From the NCBI GenBank assembly GCA_003567115.1, contig PXAP01000116.1, positions 1 to 47,489 of the forward strand: a stretch of 47,489 bases of DNA, in the 5' to 3' direction. Position numbers and translations under genes: made by a program. Under the pieces are notes generated by a model. The model was not told where the DNA came from. It did no database searches and worked only from the letters and a program-made list of their open reading frames with translations. The DNA comes from Bacteroidota bacterium. GTDB taxonomy: Bacteria; Bacteroidota; Bacteroidia; Bacteroidales; PUMT01. This document shows, in pieces, positions 39,878-47,489 of this stretch (the stretch's first letter is position 1; every line of letters begins with the position of its first letter).

Positions 39878-41668
39878 ATGGAAGTAAAAAAACAGAAAAG
39901 AATAATCGGACGTCTGCCGATGGTAGGGATAAGACCAACAATTGACGGCAGGCGTAAAGGAGTGAGGGAATCACTCGAAAAACAAACAATGGACATGGCC
40001 CTGAGAGCTGCACAGCTTATTGAAAACAATCTGCGGCATGCAGATGGCAGCAAAGTGGAATGTGTTATCCCCGATACATGCATAGGGGGAGTGGCGGAAG
40101 CAGCTTCCTGTGCTGATATGTTTTCGGAAATCGGTGTGGGTGTATCACTAACAGTTACCCCTTGCTGGTGCTACGGAAGCGAAACAATGGATATGGATTC
40201 TCATATGCCCAAGGCTGTTTGGGGTTTTAACGGGACAGAGAGGCCGGGAGCAGTTTATCTTGCCGCTGTACTTGCTGCCCATAACCAGAAAGGATTGCCG
40301 GCTTTCGGTATTTACGGACGGGATGTACAGGATAGTGACGACAAAACTATTCCTGAAGATGTAAAAGAGAAAATATTACGATTTGTCAAAGCCGGCCTGG
40401 CTGTTGCTACTATGCAGGGCACCTCTTATCTTTCAATGGGGTCTGTTTCAATGGGCATAGCAGGATCAATTGTTGATGCCGGGTTTTTTCAGAAATACCT
40501 GGGAATGCGAAACGAATATGTTGATATGTCAGAGTTTGTCCGTCGCATAAATGAGAAGATTTTCGATGATAAAGAATATGAGAAGGCAATTAAATGGGTG
40601 AAACAAAATTGCAGGGAGGGGGAGGACAGGAATCCTCCGGAAAAGCAAAGATCGCGATCACAGAAAGACAGGGACTGGGAATTTGTTGTTAAGATGACCC
40701 TTATCGCTCGTGATCTGATGGTTGGAAATACAAAGCTCCGTGAGATGGGCTTCGAAGAGGAGGCACTTGGCCATAATGCCCTTGTTGCCGGTTTTCAGGG
40801 ACAAAGGCAGTGGACCGATCATTTCCCGAATGGCGATTTTATGGAGGCTGTTCTCTGTTCGTCATTCGACTGGAACGGGATCCGTCAGCCATACATGCTT
40901 GCAACAGAAAATGACAGCCTGAACGGGGTTTCAATGCTTTTTGGCCACCTGCTCACAGGATCTGCCCAGGTCTTTTCAGACGTGAGGACATTCTGGAGTC
41001 CCGATGCCATTAAGCGGGTAACCGGCCATTTGCCGGAGGGCCTGGCATCAGATGGATTTATTCATCTGATCAATTCCGGTCCCTCTGCATTGGATGGTAC
41101 CGGCCGGCAGACCATAAATGGCAAACCGGCTATAAAGCCATGGTGGGATGTAACTGAGAATGAGGCCGGGTTATGTCTTAAAGCCACTACGTGGGGACCT
41201 GCAACTACAGAGTACTTCAGGGGTGGCGGCTTTTCCTCCACTTTTCTTTCAAGAGGAAATATGCCTGTTACGCTTTCGCGGATAAATATTGTCGACGGAC
41301 TCGGTCCGGTGCTTCAGCTCGCCGAAGGGCATACTGTCGAATTACCGGATGCTGTTCACAACATCCTTAACAACAGAACGGATCCGACCTGGCCTACCAC
41401 CTGGTTCGTGCCCAATCTGACAGGCAAGGGACCTTTTAAAGATGTCTATTCTGTTATGTCCGGCTGGGGAGCAAATCACGGAGCTTTTTCATACGGGCAT
41501 ATCGGTGCCGACCTTATAAGCCTTGCAGCATTATTGCGTATTCCTGTATGTATGCACAATGTTGCCGAAAACAGGATATATCGCCCCTCGGCCTGGTCAG
41601 CTTTCGGTATGGATACGGAAGGGGCCGATTACAGGGCGTGCAGAAATTACGGACCATTATACAAATAA
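39878..41668 (+). CDS. fucI: L-fucose isomerase
   Basis: 596 aa, collinear with E. coli FucI as I recall it: [60 protein letters not shown] and YGPLYK at the C-terminus. Confidence 0.97.
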   Translation: MEVKKQKRIIGRLPMVGIRPTIDGRRKGVRESLEKQTMDMALRAAQLIENNLRHADGSKVECVIPDTCIGGVAEAASCADMFSEIGVGVSLTVTPCWCYGSETMDMDSHMPKAVWGFNGTERPGAVYLAAVLAAHNQKGLPAFGIYGRDVQDSDDKTIPEDVKEKILRFVKAGLAVATMQGTSYLSMGSVSMGIAGSIVDAGFFQKYLGMRNEYVDMSEFVRRINEKIFDDKEYEKAIKWVKQNCREGEDRNPPEKQRSRSQKDRDWEFVVKMTLIARDLMVGNTKLREMGFEEEALGHNALVAGFQGQRQWTDHFPNGDFMEAVLCSSFDWNGIRQPYMLATENDSLNGVSMLFGHLLTGSAQVFSDVRTFWSPDAIKRVTGHLPEGLASDGFIHLINSGPSALDGTGRQTINGKPAIKPWWDVTENEAGLCLKATTWGPATTEYFRGGGFSSTFLSRGNMPVTLSRINIVDGLGPVLQLAEGHTVELPDAVHNILNNRTDPTWPTTWFVPNLTGKGPFKDVYSVMSGWGANHGAFSYGHIGADLISLAALLRIPVCMHNVAENRIYRPSAWSAFGMDTEGADYRACRNYGPLYK

Positions 41669-41821
41669 AGTAGGAATACTGAATACAAATTCCGTGACCA
41701 TCGGTTATCGGTAAACTGGCAAGTTAACATTATCTTGGCAGGGATTCTGCCTAAGGAGAGGAGTATAAGTACCTGACCGGACAAGGATATGAATCAGTAT
41801 AATTAAGGAATTACTCTTGGG

Positions 41822-41840
41822 TAACCTATTTTTTAAGTTA
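41822..41840. promoter_or_regulatory. 19-bp palindrome (7-5-7, one mismatch), candidate operator site 1 upstream of fucP
   Basis: TAACCTA-TTTTT-TAAGTTA. It is part of a 62-bp direct repeat. Confidence 0.3.
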
Positions 41841-41883
41841 TTCCATTAAAGGCTGTATTGCTGAATATTTGGGGCCTATTGTG

Positions 41884-41902
41884 TAACTTATTTTTTAAGT
41901 TA
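41884..41902. promoter_or_regulatory. 19-bp perfect palindrome (7-5-7), candidate operator site 2, about 60 bp upstream of the fucP ATG
   Basis: TAACTTA-TTTTT-TAAGTTA, exactly 62 bp from site 1. Confidence 0.3.
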
Positions 41903-41960
41903 TTAAATTAGGGACTTTATTACCTGTATTTGGTGATTTTTATTTATTAAAAAAACTTTT

Positions 41961-43223
41961 ATGAGAAAGTCAACACCTCTTTTGCCTTTTATACTTGTAA
42001 CCTCACTTTTCTTTATGTGGGGCCTGGCTCATAATATGACCGACACTTTGCTGGCTGCATTCAGAAGGATTATGAGTATGACCGATTTCCAGACTTCCTT
42101 TGTACAGATGTCTTTTTATGGTGCATATTTCTGCCTGGCACTTCCTGCTGCAATATTTATTAAGAAATTTACCTATAAATCCGGGATTTTACTTGGATTA
42201 GGTATGTATATTACCGGCGGACTGCTTTTTTATCCTGCAAGTATCACCATGACCTACGGACATTTTCTGGCTGCCTTGTTTATTCTGGCCGGGGGACTTT
42301 CGGTTCTTGAAACAACAGCAAACCCATATATTATAGCTATGGGACCCGAAAAAACAGGTACCCGGAGGCTTAACCTGGCCCAGTCTTTTAATCCTATAGG
42401 ATCTATTACCGGTGTTGTTTTAAGTAAATTTTTTATTCTCTCGCACCTTAATCATGCCGGAGCGGCAGACCGAGCACTGATGACTCATGAGGAACTAAGC
42501 GCCATAAGGGCTCAGGAATTAAATGCAATGATGGGGCCTTATGTTGGTGTTGCCCTTTTTTTGCTTGTTATCTGGCTTGTCATTGTTTTCAGCAACATGC
42601 CAAAAGCCTCAGATACCGGGGTTAGTGTGAATGTTAAAGAAAGCCTGGGAAGGCTTTTGAAAAATTCCAGGTATATCAGCGGGGTAATTGCCCAGTTTTT
42701 TTATGTAGGTGCACAGATCGGGGTGTGGTCTTTTACTATCAGGTATGTCATGCAGGAACTGCATATGTATGAACAGCAGGCCTCCTCTTATTATATAGCA
42801 GCCCTGATTGTCTTTACTCTTATGCGCTTTGTTTTCACAGGCCTGATGAAATATTTCAGTCCCCGAAAGCTCCTGAGCATTTCAGCACTTTTTGCAATTG
42901 TTTTTACTTTTGGGGTGATTACACTTAGTGGTTATCCTGCTGTTATCTCTCTTGTTGCAATATCTGCCTGTATGTCACTCATGTTCCCCACCATATACGG
43001 GATCTCTGTACAGGGTCTTGGTGATGACACAAAGATAGGGGCAAGCGGACTGATCATGGCTATTCTTGGAGGCGCTGTTCTCACTGCAGTGCAGGGTCAG
43101 GTATCTGATCTTACCGGAAGCATTAAGCTTGCCTTCCTGGTACCCATGGCCTGCTTTTTAATTATTGCAGTATACGGATATTTCGGGTCATTCAATATTC
43201 TCCGGAAAGAACCCGTAACATAA
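41961..43223 (+). CDS. fucP: L-fucose:H+ symporter permease (MFS)
   Basis: 420 aa with 12 TM segments. Blocks shared with E. coli FucP as recalled: LETTANPY, RRLNLAQSFNPIGSI, QFFYVGAQIGVWSF. Confidence 0.9.
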   Translation: MRKSTPLLPFILVTSLFFMWGLAHNMTDTLLAAFRRIMSMTDFQTSFVQMSFYGAYFCLALPAAIFIKKFTYKSGILLGLGMYITGGLLFYPASITMTYGHFLAALFILAGGLSVLETTANPYIIAMGPEKTGTRRLNLAQSFNPIGSITGVVLSKFFILSHLNHAGAADRALMTHEELSAIRAQELNAMMGPYVGVALFLLVIWLVIVFSNMPKASDTGVSVNVKESLGRLLKNSRYISGVIAQFFYVGAQIGVWSFTIRYVMQELHMYEQQASSYYIAALIVFTLMRFVFTGLMKYFSPRKLLSISALFAIVFTFGVITLSGYPAVISLVAISACMSLMFPTIYGISVQGLGDDTKIGASGLIMAILGGAVLTAVQGQVSDLTGSIKLAFLVPMACFLIIAVYGYFGSFNILRKEPVT

Positions 43224-43318
43224 AAATAGAGTAAAGGAATCGAAGATATTTTTGTTCAAGATAAAAACTCCCCTGTCACACCACCACCAGTTATTTACAA
43301 GACCTTGCCGGTTGTAAG

Positions 43319-43352
43319 AGATACAAGGAATAAACAACTGCTCCCTGTATCT
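43319..43352 (-). terminator. Candidate hairpin overlapping the stop of the BNR-4 gene
   Basis: AGATACA-AGG...CC-C-TGTATCT inverted repeat at 43319-43352, in the convergent fucP / BNR-4 gap. Confidence 0.3.
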
Positions 43353-44872
43353 TAAGGTTCTGGGGGTGTAGGTGCAATCAATACAGGTGCTTCGTAATCA
43401 CTGTTCATAGTGTAAGGCAACATGTAAACACGATCTCCGGTGGAATTGGTGAAAAACAATCTCGAAGTAGAGAATTCAGCCGAGTTGCCATCGGCCCACA
43501 TGCCGAAAAACGGGTCTGACGGGTTATGAGGCCGTCGCACGTAGCTGTGATTCATCGGACTGTTTCCTGTAACCGGGCGCTCCAGTTCCCAAGTTTTTCC
43601 ATTGTCAGCAGATACCCAAAGCCCGATTTCGCCACCTGTATGATAAGGCTGCGGCCCCGTCTCTGTCGGGCCGATTACTGACCAGTGGTCCCCGTCAATA
43701 TAAAGGCTTCCCATGTCGTAATTATGATCTGAACGTGTAATCTCGTTAATGACCCACTCCTCGCCTGTCCATCGAACAATCTCCCAAATTCTGGGATCAT
43801 TAGAGGGACCCGGCATATGCCCGCTGCTGGTGACTACAAGAATGACAGGATTGCCATCATCATCGAACAGCAATTTCGTGATATATGCCATCCTGTCCAT
43901 GGCTTCATAATCAACCACCAGGGCAGGATTGTCACGATTATCCAGGGGCAGTGAAAGTTCCCGCCCGTCTACCGTGGTCCAGGTTTCGCCGAAATCGCGA
44001 GTTTCAACATAATAAATGTTTGTCCTCGAATCAGGACCGCTGACAGGAATACCATTCCAGGTGCCGCCGGGATGATAGTTAAATGCCGAGCCCACGCGCT
44101 GCCGGTCCTTGTCTAATCGGGTTACCTGATAGTGACCGCCAAAACCGGCAAGCTTTTGCAGATCATTAGCAGGCTCACTGGTCCAGTCAGTGCCGGCAGT
44201 ACTTGTTTCCCAGTAAAGCTCCCGGCCGGCAGTGTACAAGGTCAGCAAGTGCATGAACCCTTTCCCGGGAACATGCCATATATGAGAATATGTCTGTTCG
44301 CGTGATATGATTTTATCAAACTTGTCTACAGAAAATGGTTCTGTTGCACGGAAAATCTGGCCTGGTCTTGTTCTTCCGCGACCGGCTACAAATACCCAGA
44401 TATAGCCATTTTCATCAATAGTGATACTGGGATTATCATGAGGATCATCTATTCCTCTCTGGTCCCTGACAATGGTTGGCCGGGGAACCAGGTGGTTGGC
44501 ATGATCATAATAGGATGCCATGGCTAATAAGTAATCATTATCAGGTTCGGTGTTACCTCCGTACACGAAGAAAGTCTTATCAACTTCCGGTACGTAAATA
44601 GCCATTGGAGCAATGGTATGGCTCCATGCAAAGGATAATCCACCTGAATATTTATCACCATAATTGCCACAATAACCAAGATTTATCATTCTTTCTGTCT
44701 GTCCTAAAGTGAACCAAATTCCCCGGTAGCCAAGAAACCTGGAGTTATTCAATGATTGCGGGAACACCGGTTCAGTCAGAAGCAAAATCAAGGTGATAAA
44801 TAACAGGGCAGGCCTCATGTATTCAATAAATTTAAATAACACTTTATTCTTTGTCAGTCGTACCATAATCAT
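43352..44872 (-). CDS. BNR-4 repeat-containing (sialidase-like beta-propeller) protein, secreted; function unknown
   Basis: 506 aa. Resemblance to the BNR_4 family is recalled from memory (DDPHDNPSITIDENGYIWVFVAGRG, SADNGKTW Asp-box). The likely true start is Met19 (44818), giving a signal peptide. Confidence 0.6.
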   Translation of the reverse strand: MIMVRLTKNKVLFKFIEYMRPALLFITLILLLTEPVFPQSLNNSRFLGYRGIWFTLGQTERMINLGYCGNYGDKYSGGLSFAWSHTIAPMAIYVPEVDKTFFVYGGNTEPDNDYLLAMASYYDHANHLVPRPTIVRDQRGIDDPHDNPSITIDENGYIWVFVAGRGRTRPGQIFRATEPFSVDKFDKIISREQTYSHIWHVPGKGFMHLLTLYTAGRELYWETSTAGTDWTSEPANDLQKLAGFGGHYQVTRLDKDRQRVGSAFNYHPGGTWNGIPVSGPDSRTNIYYVETRDFGETWTTVDGRELSLPLDNRDNPALVVDYEAMDRMAYITKLLFDDDGNPVILVVTSSGHMPGPSNDPRIWEIVRWTGEEWVINEITRSDHNYDMGSLYIDGDHWSVIGPTETGPQPYHTGGEIGLWVSADNGKTWELERPVTGNSPMNHSYVRRPHNPSDPFFGMWADGNSAEFSTSRLFFTNSTGDRVYMLPYTMNSDYEAPVLIAPTPPEP

Positions 44873-45031
44873 AATTTTTTTTACTTATCTCAAATAGTTT
44901 TTATAAAATCAACCAGAATCTATTAACAGAGAACTTTAGAACTGTGGTATGAGGATAATTTCCCCCAAGGCTTATATAGTATTCGGAAAAGATGATTGAA
45001 TAGAAGAATCAGGAAAATGTTGGCTCTCAAA

Positions 45032-45465
45032 GCAGACAACCCAATATTTTTAATAAACAATATCATCTTTGCCCTTTATAAAACCATACGGTGAATTACC
45101 GGAATACAATTGCACTCCATGTTCATAGAAAACGCAAATTATACATTTTTTAAAAAATAAACACCTTGCCTGGAAAAAATTATACAGTCCCTGGTGAATC
45201 ATTGAAAATTTGACATGAAGCCATCATGCATTGAACAGGTAAGTATTTATTAATGTAAGGTTAAAATCTGCCATGTAATGAACATCATAACAAAAGAATT
45301 ATTGATCATGGCTGGCATCCGGGAGATCACCTGGTTTGGGGTAAGCATACCATTTTAGAATGTTCGCTGAAAATTCCTCATATAATCAGAATAACCGGAA
45401 AACCGGCAGGAGAATCAATAACCAGTATTGTTGGCACTGTTGATATTTATCATAAGATTATGTAA
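45032..45465 (+). pseudogene. Decayed S1 sulfatase remnant (iduronate-2-sulfatase-like C-terminal half)
   Basis: The open frame 45265-45465 has no start codon. From 45298 it reads IIDHGWHPGDHLVWGKHTILECSLKIPHIIRITGKPAGESITSIVGTVDIYHKIM*, which resembles the sulfatase signature SDHGWHLGEH..W.K.TNFE...R.PLI..PG......LVE.VDIYPTL. Upstream, in another frame, are ADNPIFL (45032-) and LEKIIQSLVNH* (45170-), separated by in-frame stops. Confidence 0.5.
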
Positions 45466-45507
45466 ATTATTCAAAATTCATTATTATTAAAAAAAATTAT
45501 TATTCGG

Positions 45508-46872
45508 ATGAAACTAAATAATTCAAAATTACTGGGTTTTTCGATGGCCGGATTAATGACATTTCCTTTCGGTTGTCAGGAGAAAAGCCCGGAAACAACC
45601 AACTTTCCGGAGAAACCCAATATTTTAATAATATTGCCGGATGACCTGGGATGGGCCGATGTCGGCTATCACGGATCGGATGTCAGAACACCCAATATCG
45701 ACAAACTGGCAAGATCCGGAATAACGTTTAACCAGCATTATGTTATGCCAACCTGCACCCCCACCCGGGTATGCCTGATAACAGGTCTTTATGCCAGCAG
45801 GTACGGTGTATTGGGACCTGCCTACGGCGAGGTAATTGACCTCGGGGATCCTACTTTACCCTCTCTTCTTAGTGATAATGGGTATTTCACTGCTATTGCG
45901 GGAAAGTGGCACATGGGTTCTCCGCCTTATACCCCTTTGAAATACGGATTTCAGTCGTCTTATGGATATTTTGACGGTCAGATTGATCCATATACCCATG
46001 AATATAAGATGGAAGCTGATTTTACCGAGAGGAGGTCCTGGCACCGGAATGATGAGTATCTTGATGAAAGCGGGACACATGTCACTGATCTGATAACTGC
46101 CGAAGCTGTAAGGATAATCGAAGAGGACCGGGAGGAGCCGTTCTTCCTGTATGTGGCTCACCACGTACCTCATTTTCCCCTGGATGAACCTGATGAATGG
46201 ATGTCTGTTTATGATGATGTTCCGATGATGCATCCTTCCCGCAGGTTGTTCGCTGCCAGTGTAACCCACATGGATGATGGTATTGGCCAGATCATTGATG
46301 CACTGGAGAGGACCGGACAACGTGAAAATACCCTTATAATTTTTATTAGCGATAACGGTGGTCAGATGAGATGGCACAGCGAGACGGAATATCATGGTAA
46401 TTATGCGGACAAGCCACATGAGGTACTGGGCAATAATTTTCCCTTACGGGGATGGAAGGGTCAACTTTACGAAGGGGGAATACGGGTGCCCACCTTTGTA
46501 AACTGGCCGGGTCAACTGAAGCCCGGGGTAATTGATTCTCCGGCTCATGTAACAGACTGGCTGCCAACGTTGTGTGCGTTAACAAATTATAAGTCAGAAT
46601 TACGTCAGGATCTTGATGGCCGGAATATCTGGCCACTGCTTGCCGGTGAAATTCCGGCTGAAGAGTCACGGTCCATGTACTGGAAAACAAGGCAGACTTA
46701 TGCAGTAAGAGAAGGTGATTGGAAATTACTTGTGAACCGGAGCAACAACGATATTGAATTGTACGACCTGGAAAATGATTTCAGGGAAATAAGAAACTTA
46801 AGGGATTCGAATCCTGAAATAGTAAAGCAAATGATGGACTTGCTGGAGGAATTCAAAAAAGGCGACCGGTAG
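45508..46872 (+). CDS. Arylsulfatase (S1 family, formylglycine-dependent), lipoprotein-type signal
   Basis: 454 aa with PDDLGWADVGYHG, the FGly motif CTPTR, GKWHMG, SDNGG and LRGWKGQLYEGGIR. Confidence 0.9.
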   Translation: MKLNNSKLLGFSMAGLMTFPFGCQEKSPETTNFPEKPNILIILPDDLGWADVGYHGSDVRTPNIDKLARSGITFNQHYVMPTCTPTRVCLITGLYASRYGVLGPAYGEVIDLGDPTLPSLLSDNGYFTAIAGKWHMGSPPYTPLKYGFQSSYGYFDGQIDPYTHEYKMEADFTERRSWHRNDEYLDESGTHVTDLITAEAVRIIEEDREEPFFLYVAHHVPHFPLDEPDEWMSVYDDVPMMHPSRRLFAASVTHMDDGIGQIIDALERTGQRENTLIIFISDNGGQMRWHSETEYHGNYADKPHEVLGNNFPLRGWKGQLYEGGIRVPTFVNWPGQLKPGVIDSPAHVTDWLPTLCALTNYKSELRQDLDGRNIWPLLAGEIPAEESRSMYWKTRQTYAVREGDWKLLVNRSNNDIELYDLENDFREIRNLRDSNPEIVKQMMDLLEEFKKGDR

Positions 46873-46920
46873 TTTGCATACTTTCTATTGAATTCTACAA
46901 TTCGGGTTTTTAGTTGCTTA

Positions 46921-46992
46921 GTAATAATGTTCTTGCTTTTTTTGGCAAAATATTATTCAAATCTCTTTGGTTCTGGATTGTCCAGGTTAGGA
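46921..46992 (+). repeat. Family-C module copy C2 (orphan; no gene downstream on either strand)
   Basis: GTAATAATGTTCTTGCTTTTTTTGGCAAAATATTATTCAAATCTCTTTGGTTCTGGATTGTCCAGGTTAGGA. Confidence 0.75.
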
Positions 46993-47029
46993 CCATTAAA
47001 AAATAAAGAATCTACTATCTTTCGATTAT

Positions 47030-47138
47030 CCCCGGGGCAGGCCTGCCAGGTGCTTCGGCGAAAAATTCACAATATATGTTACCGTAAACTACTATAATTA
47101 TTTTTTATTTGACCCCGGGGCAGGGCTCCGAAGAATTC
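47030..47138. repeat. Two GC-rich palindromic modules (47030-47068 and 47113-47138), related to the 3' core of family A
   Basis: CCCCGGGGCAGGCCTGCCAGGTGCTTCGGCGAAAAATTC and CCCCGGGGCAGGGCTCCGAAGAATTC. A related CCCCGGGCAGAGCCCC occurs at 37075-37090 and GCCCCGGCGGGACTATGTCCGGCGGTGAC at 36279-36307. Confidence 0.6.
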
Positions 47139-47163
47139 TTTTGGTTAAAAATTTAGTTCGCTC

Positions 47164-47386
47164 TAACCTGATTAATTCTTAACGCAGCCCAAGGCTGCAA
47201 ACAAAATTAAACAAGAATTGATTTTAAAATTTGCTAAAAAAACAAAATCTCAGAAAGTAATAGTATAAACTTAAAGATTTCCTTGTGTCCTTGATATTTT
47301 GGGCACAAAATTTTTTCGCTAAAAAGATACCAAGACGCTAATTTTAAACAAGATGCAAATATTTATGAATTAATGAGGCTATAAAG
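47164..47386 (-). mobile_element. Family-B copy B3, inverted orientation, with an extra ~87-bp internal segment
   Basis: The reverse complement of 47266-47386 aligns with B1 (ATTAATTCATAAATATTTGCATCTT...TTAGCGTCTTGG...TAGCGAAAAAATTTTGTGCCCAAA...AAGTTTAT). The second TIR, TAACCTGATTAATTC, is at 47164-47178. The segment 47179-47265 is absent from B1 and contains the hairpin GCAGCC-CAA-GGCTGC (47184-47198). Confidence 0.55.
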
Positions 47387-47489
47387 TAAAAAATGATGAT
47401 TTTTATCAAAATTCCAATATATAATATGAGGATAAACAGCGACTTGAATATTTGATCTATAAGTCTACTCCAAAAAGTAAAAAATGATG

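Noticed and set aside
41734-41756. A bulged inverted repeat, CTTGGCAGG-GATT-CTGCCTAAGG, about 65 nt after the fucI stop, considered as a terminator.
   Set aside because: The stem is imperfect, there is no U-tract and the position is not tight to the stop codon. This is too weak to list as a feature.
45856-46419. Long nested or antisense ORFs inside well-supported genes: 45856..46419(-), 46346..46690(-), 36336..36794(-), 18140..18511(+), 20993..21361(+), 3378..3830(-), 5533..5946(-), 6969..7256(+), 13740..14030(+), 15660..15956(+) and similar shorter ones.
   Set aside because: Each lies wholly within a longer ORF that has clear family motifs. Their translations are low-complexity (I/F/L/K/N- or R/P-rich) with no recognisable domains. 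Such shadow ORFs are expected in compositionally biased DNA. There is no evidence for overlapping genes.
46888-47097. A 69-aa + strand ORF after the sulfatase, and the minus-strand ORFs 37041..37226 and 37097..37327.
   Set aside because: They are read-throughs of the repeat modules: C2 plus the GC-rich palindrome, and the 44-bp tandem repeat, which gives HPARFASGSI twice. The coding appearance is an artefact of the repeats.
47383-47489. An exact 16-nt repeat, AAAGTAAAAAATGATG, at 47383-47398 and 47474-47489 (91-bp period), at the very end of the window.
   Set aside because: It cannot be evaluated because the second copy is cut by the window edge. The sequence is low-complexity and AT-rich. 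It may be the start of another tandem or mosaic repeat, but nothing more can be supported from here.

Overview
This is an AT-rich chromosomal segment that looks like Bacteroidota. The signs are the dut / TPR / DUF4292 / M23-peptidase gene order, Cys-containing lipoprotein-type signal peptides, fucI-fucP and an S1 sulfatase. I support 37 protein-coding genes from the ORF track, plus one 56-aa candidate the track missed and one decayed sulfatase pseudogene. Nearly all are housekeeping, envelope or carbohydrate functions: uvrC, adenine deaminase, mnmG, ybeY, dut, pheS, ruvB, rpiB, hemW, dnaG, a Sir2 deacylase, ispD, fucI and fucP. By eye I found no rRNA, tRNA, CRISPR array, transposase, integrase, reverse transcriptase, or recognisable defence or toxin-antitoxin module, so I cannot point to a novel protein-encoded system. 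What the genes do not explain is non-coding. A mosaic set of intergenic repeat modules recurs at least 12 times: family A (~150 bp), family B (MITE-like, 23-bp terminal inverted repeats), family C (~72 bp), and GC-rich CCCCGCCAGG / CCCCGGGGCAGG variants. There is also a 44-bp tandem repeat, a pair of 78-bp units at the window start, and two 19-bp palindromes between fucI and fucP. Secondary oddities are a PflX-type radical SAM enzyme with a Tat-plus-lipobox-like leader, an exported ThuA / PmoA-like / Gfo-Idh-MocA trio, and a visibly GC-richer right-hand third holding fucose, BNR-4 and sulfatase genes. All family assignments come from motif recognition and memory, not from database searches.
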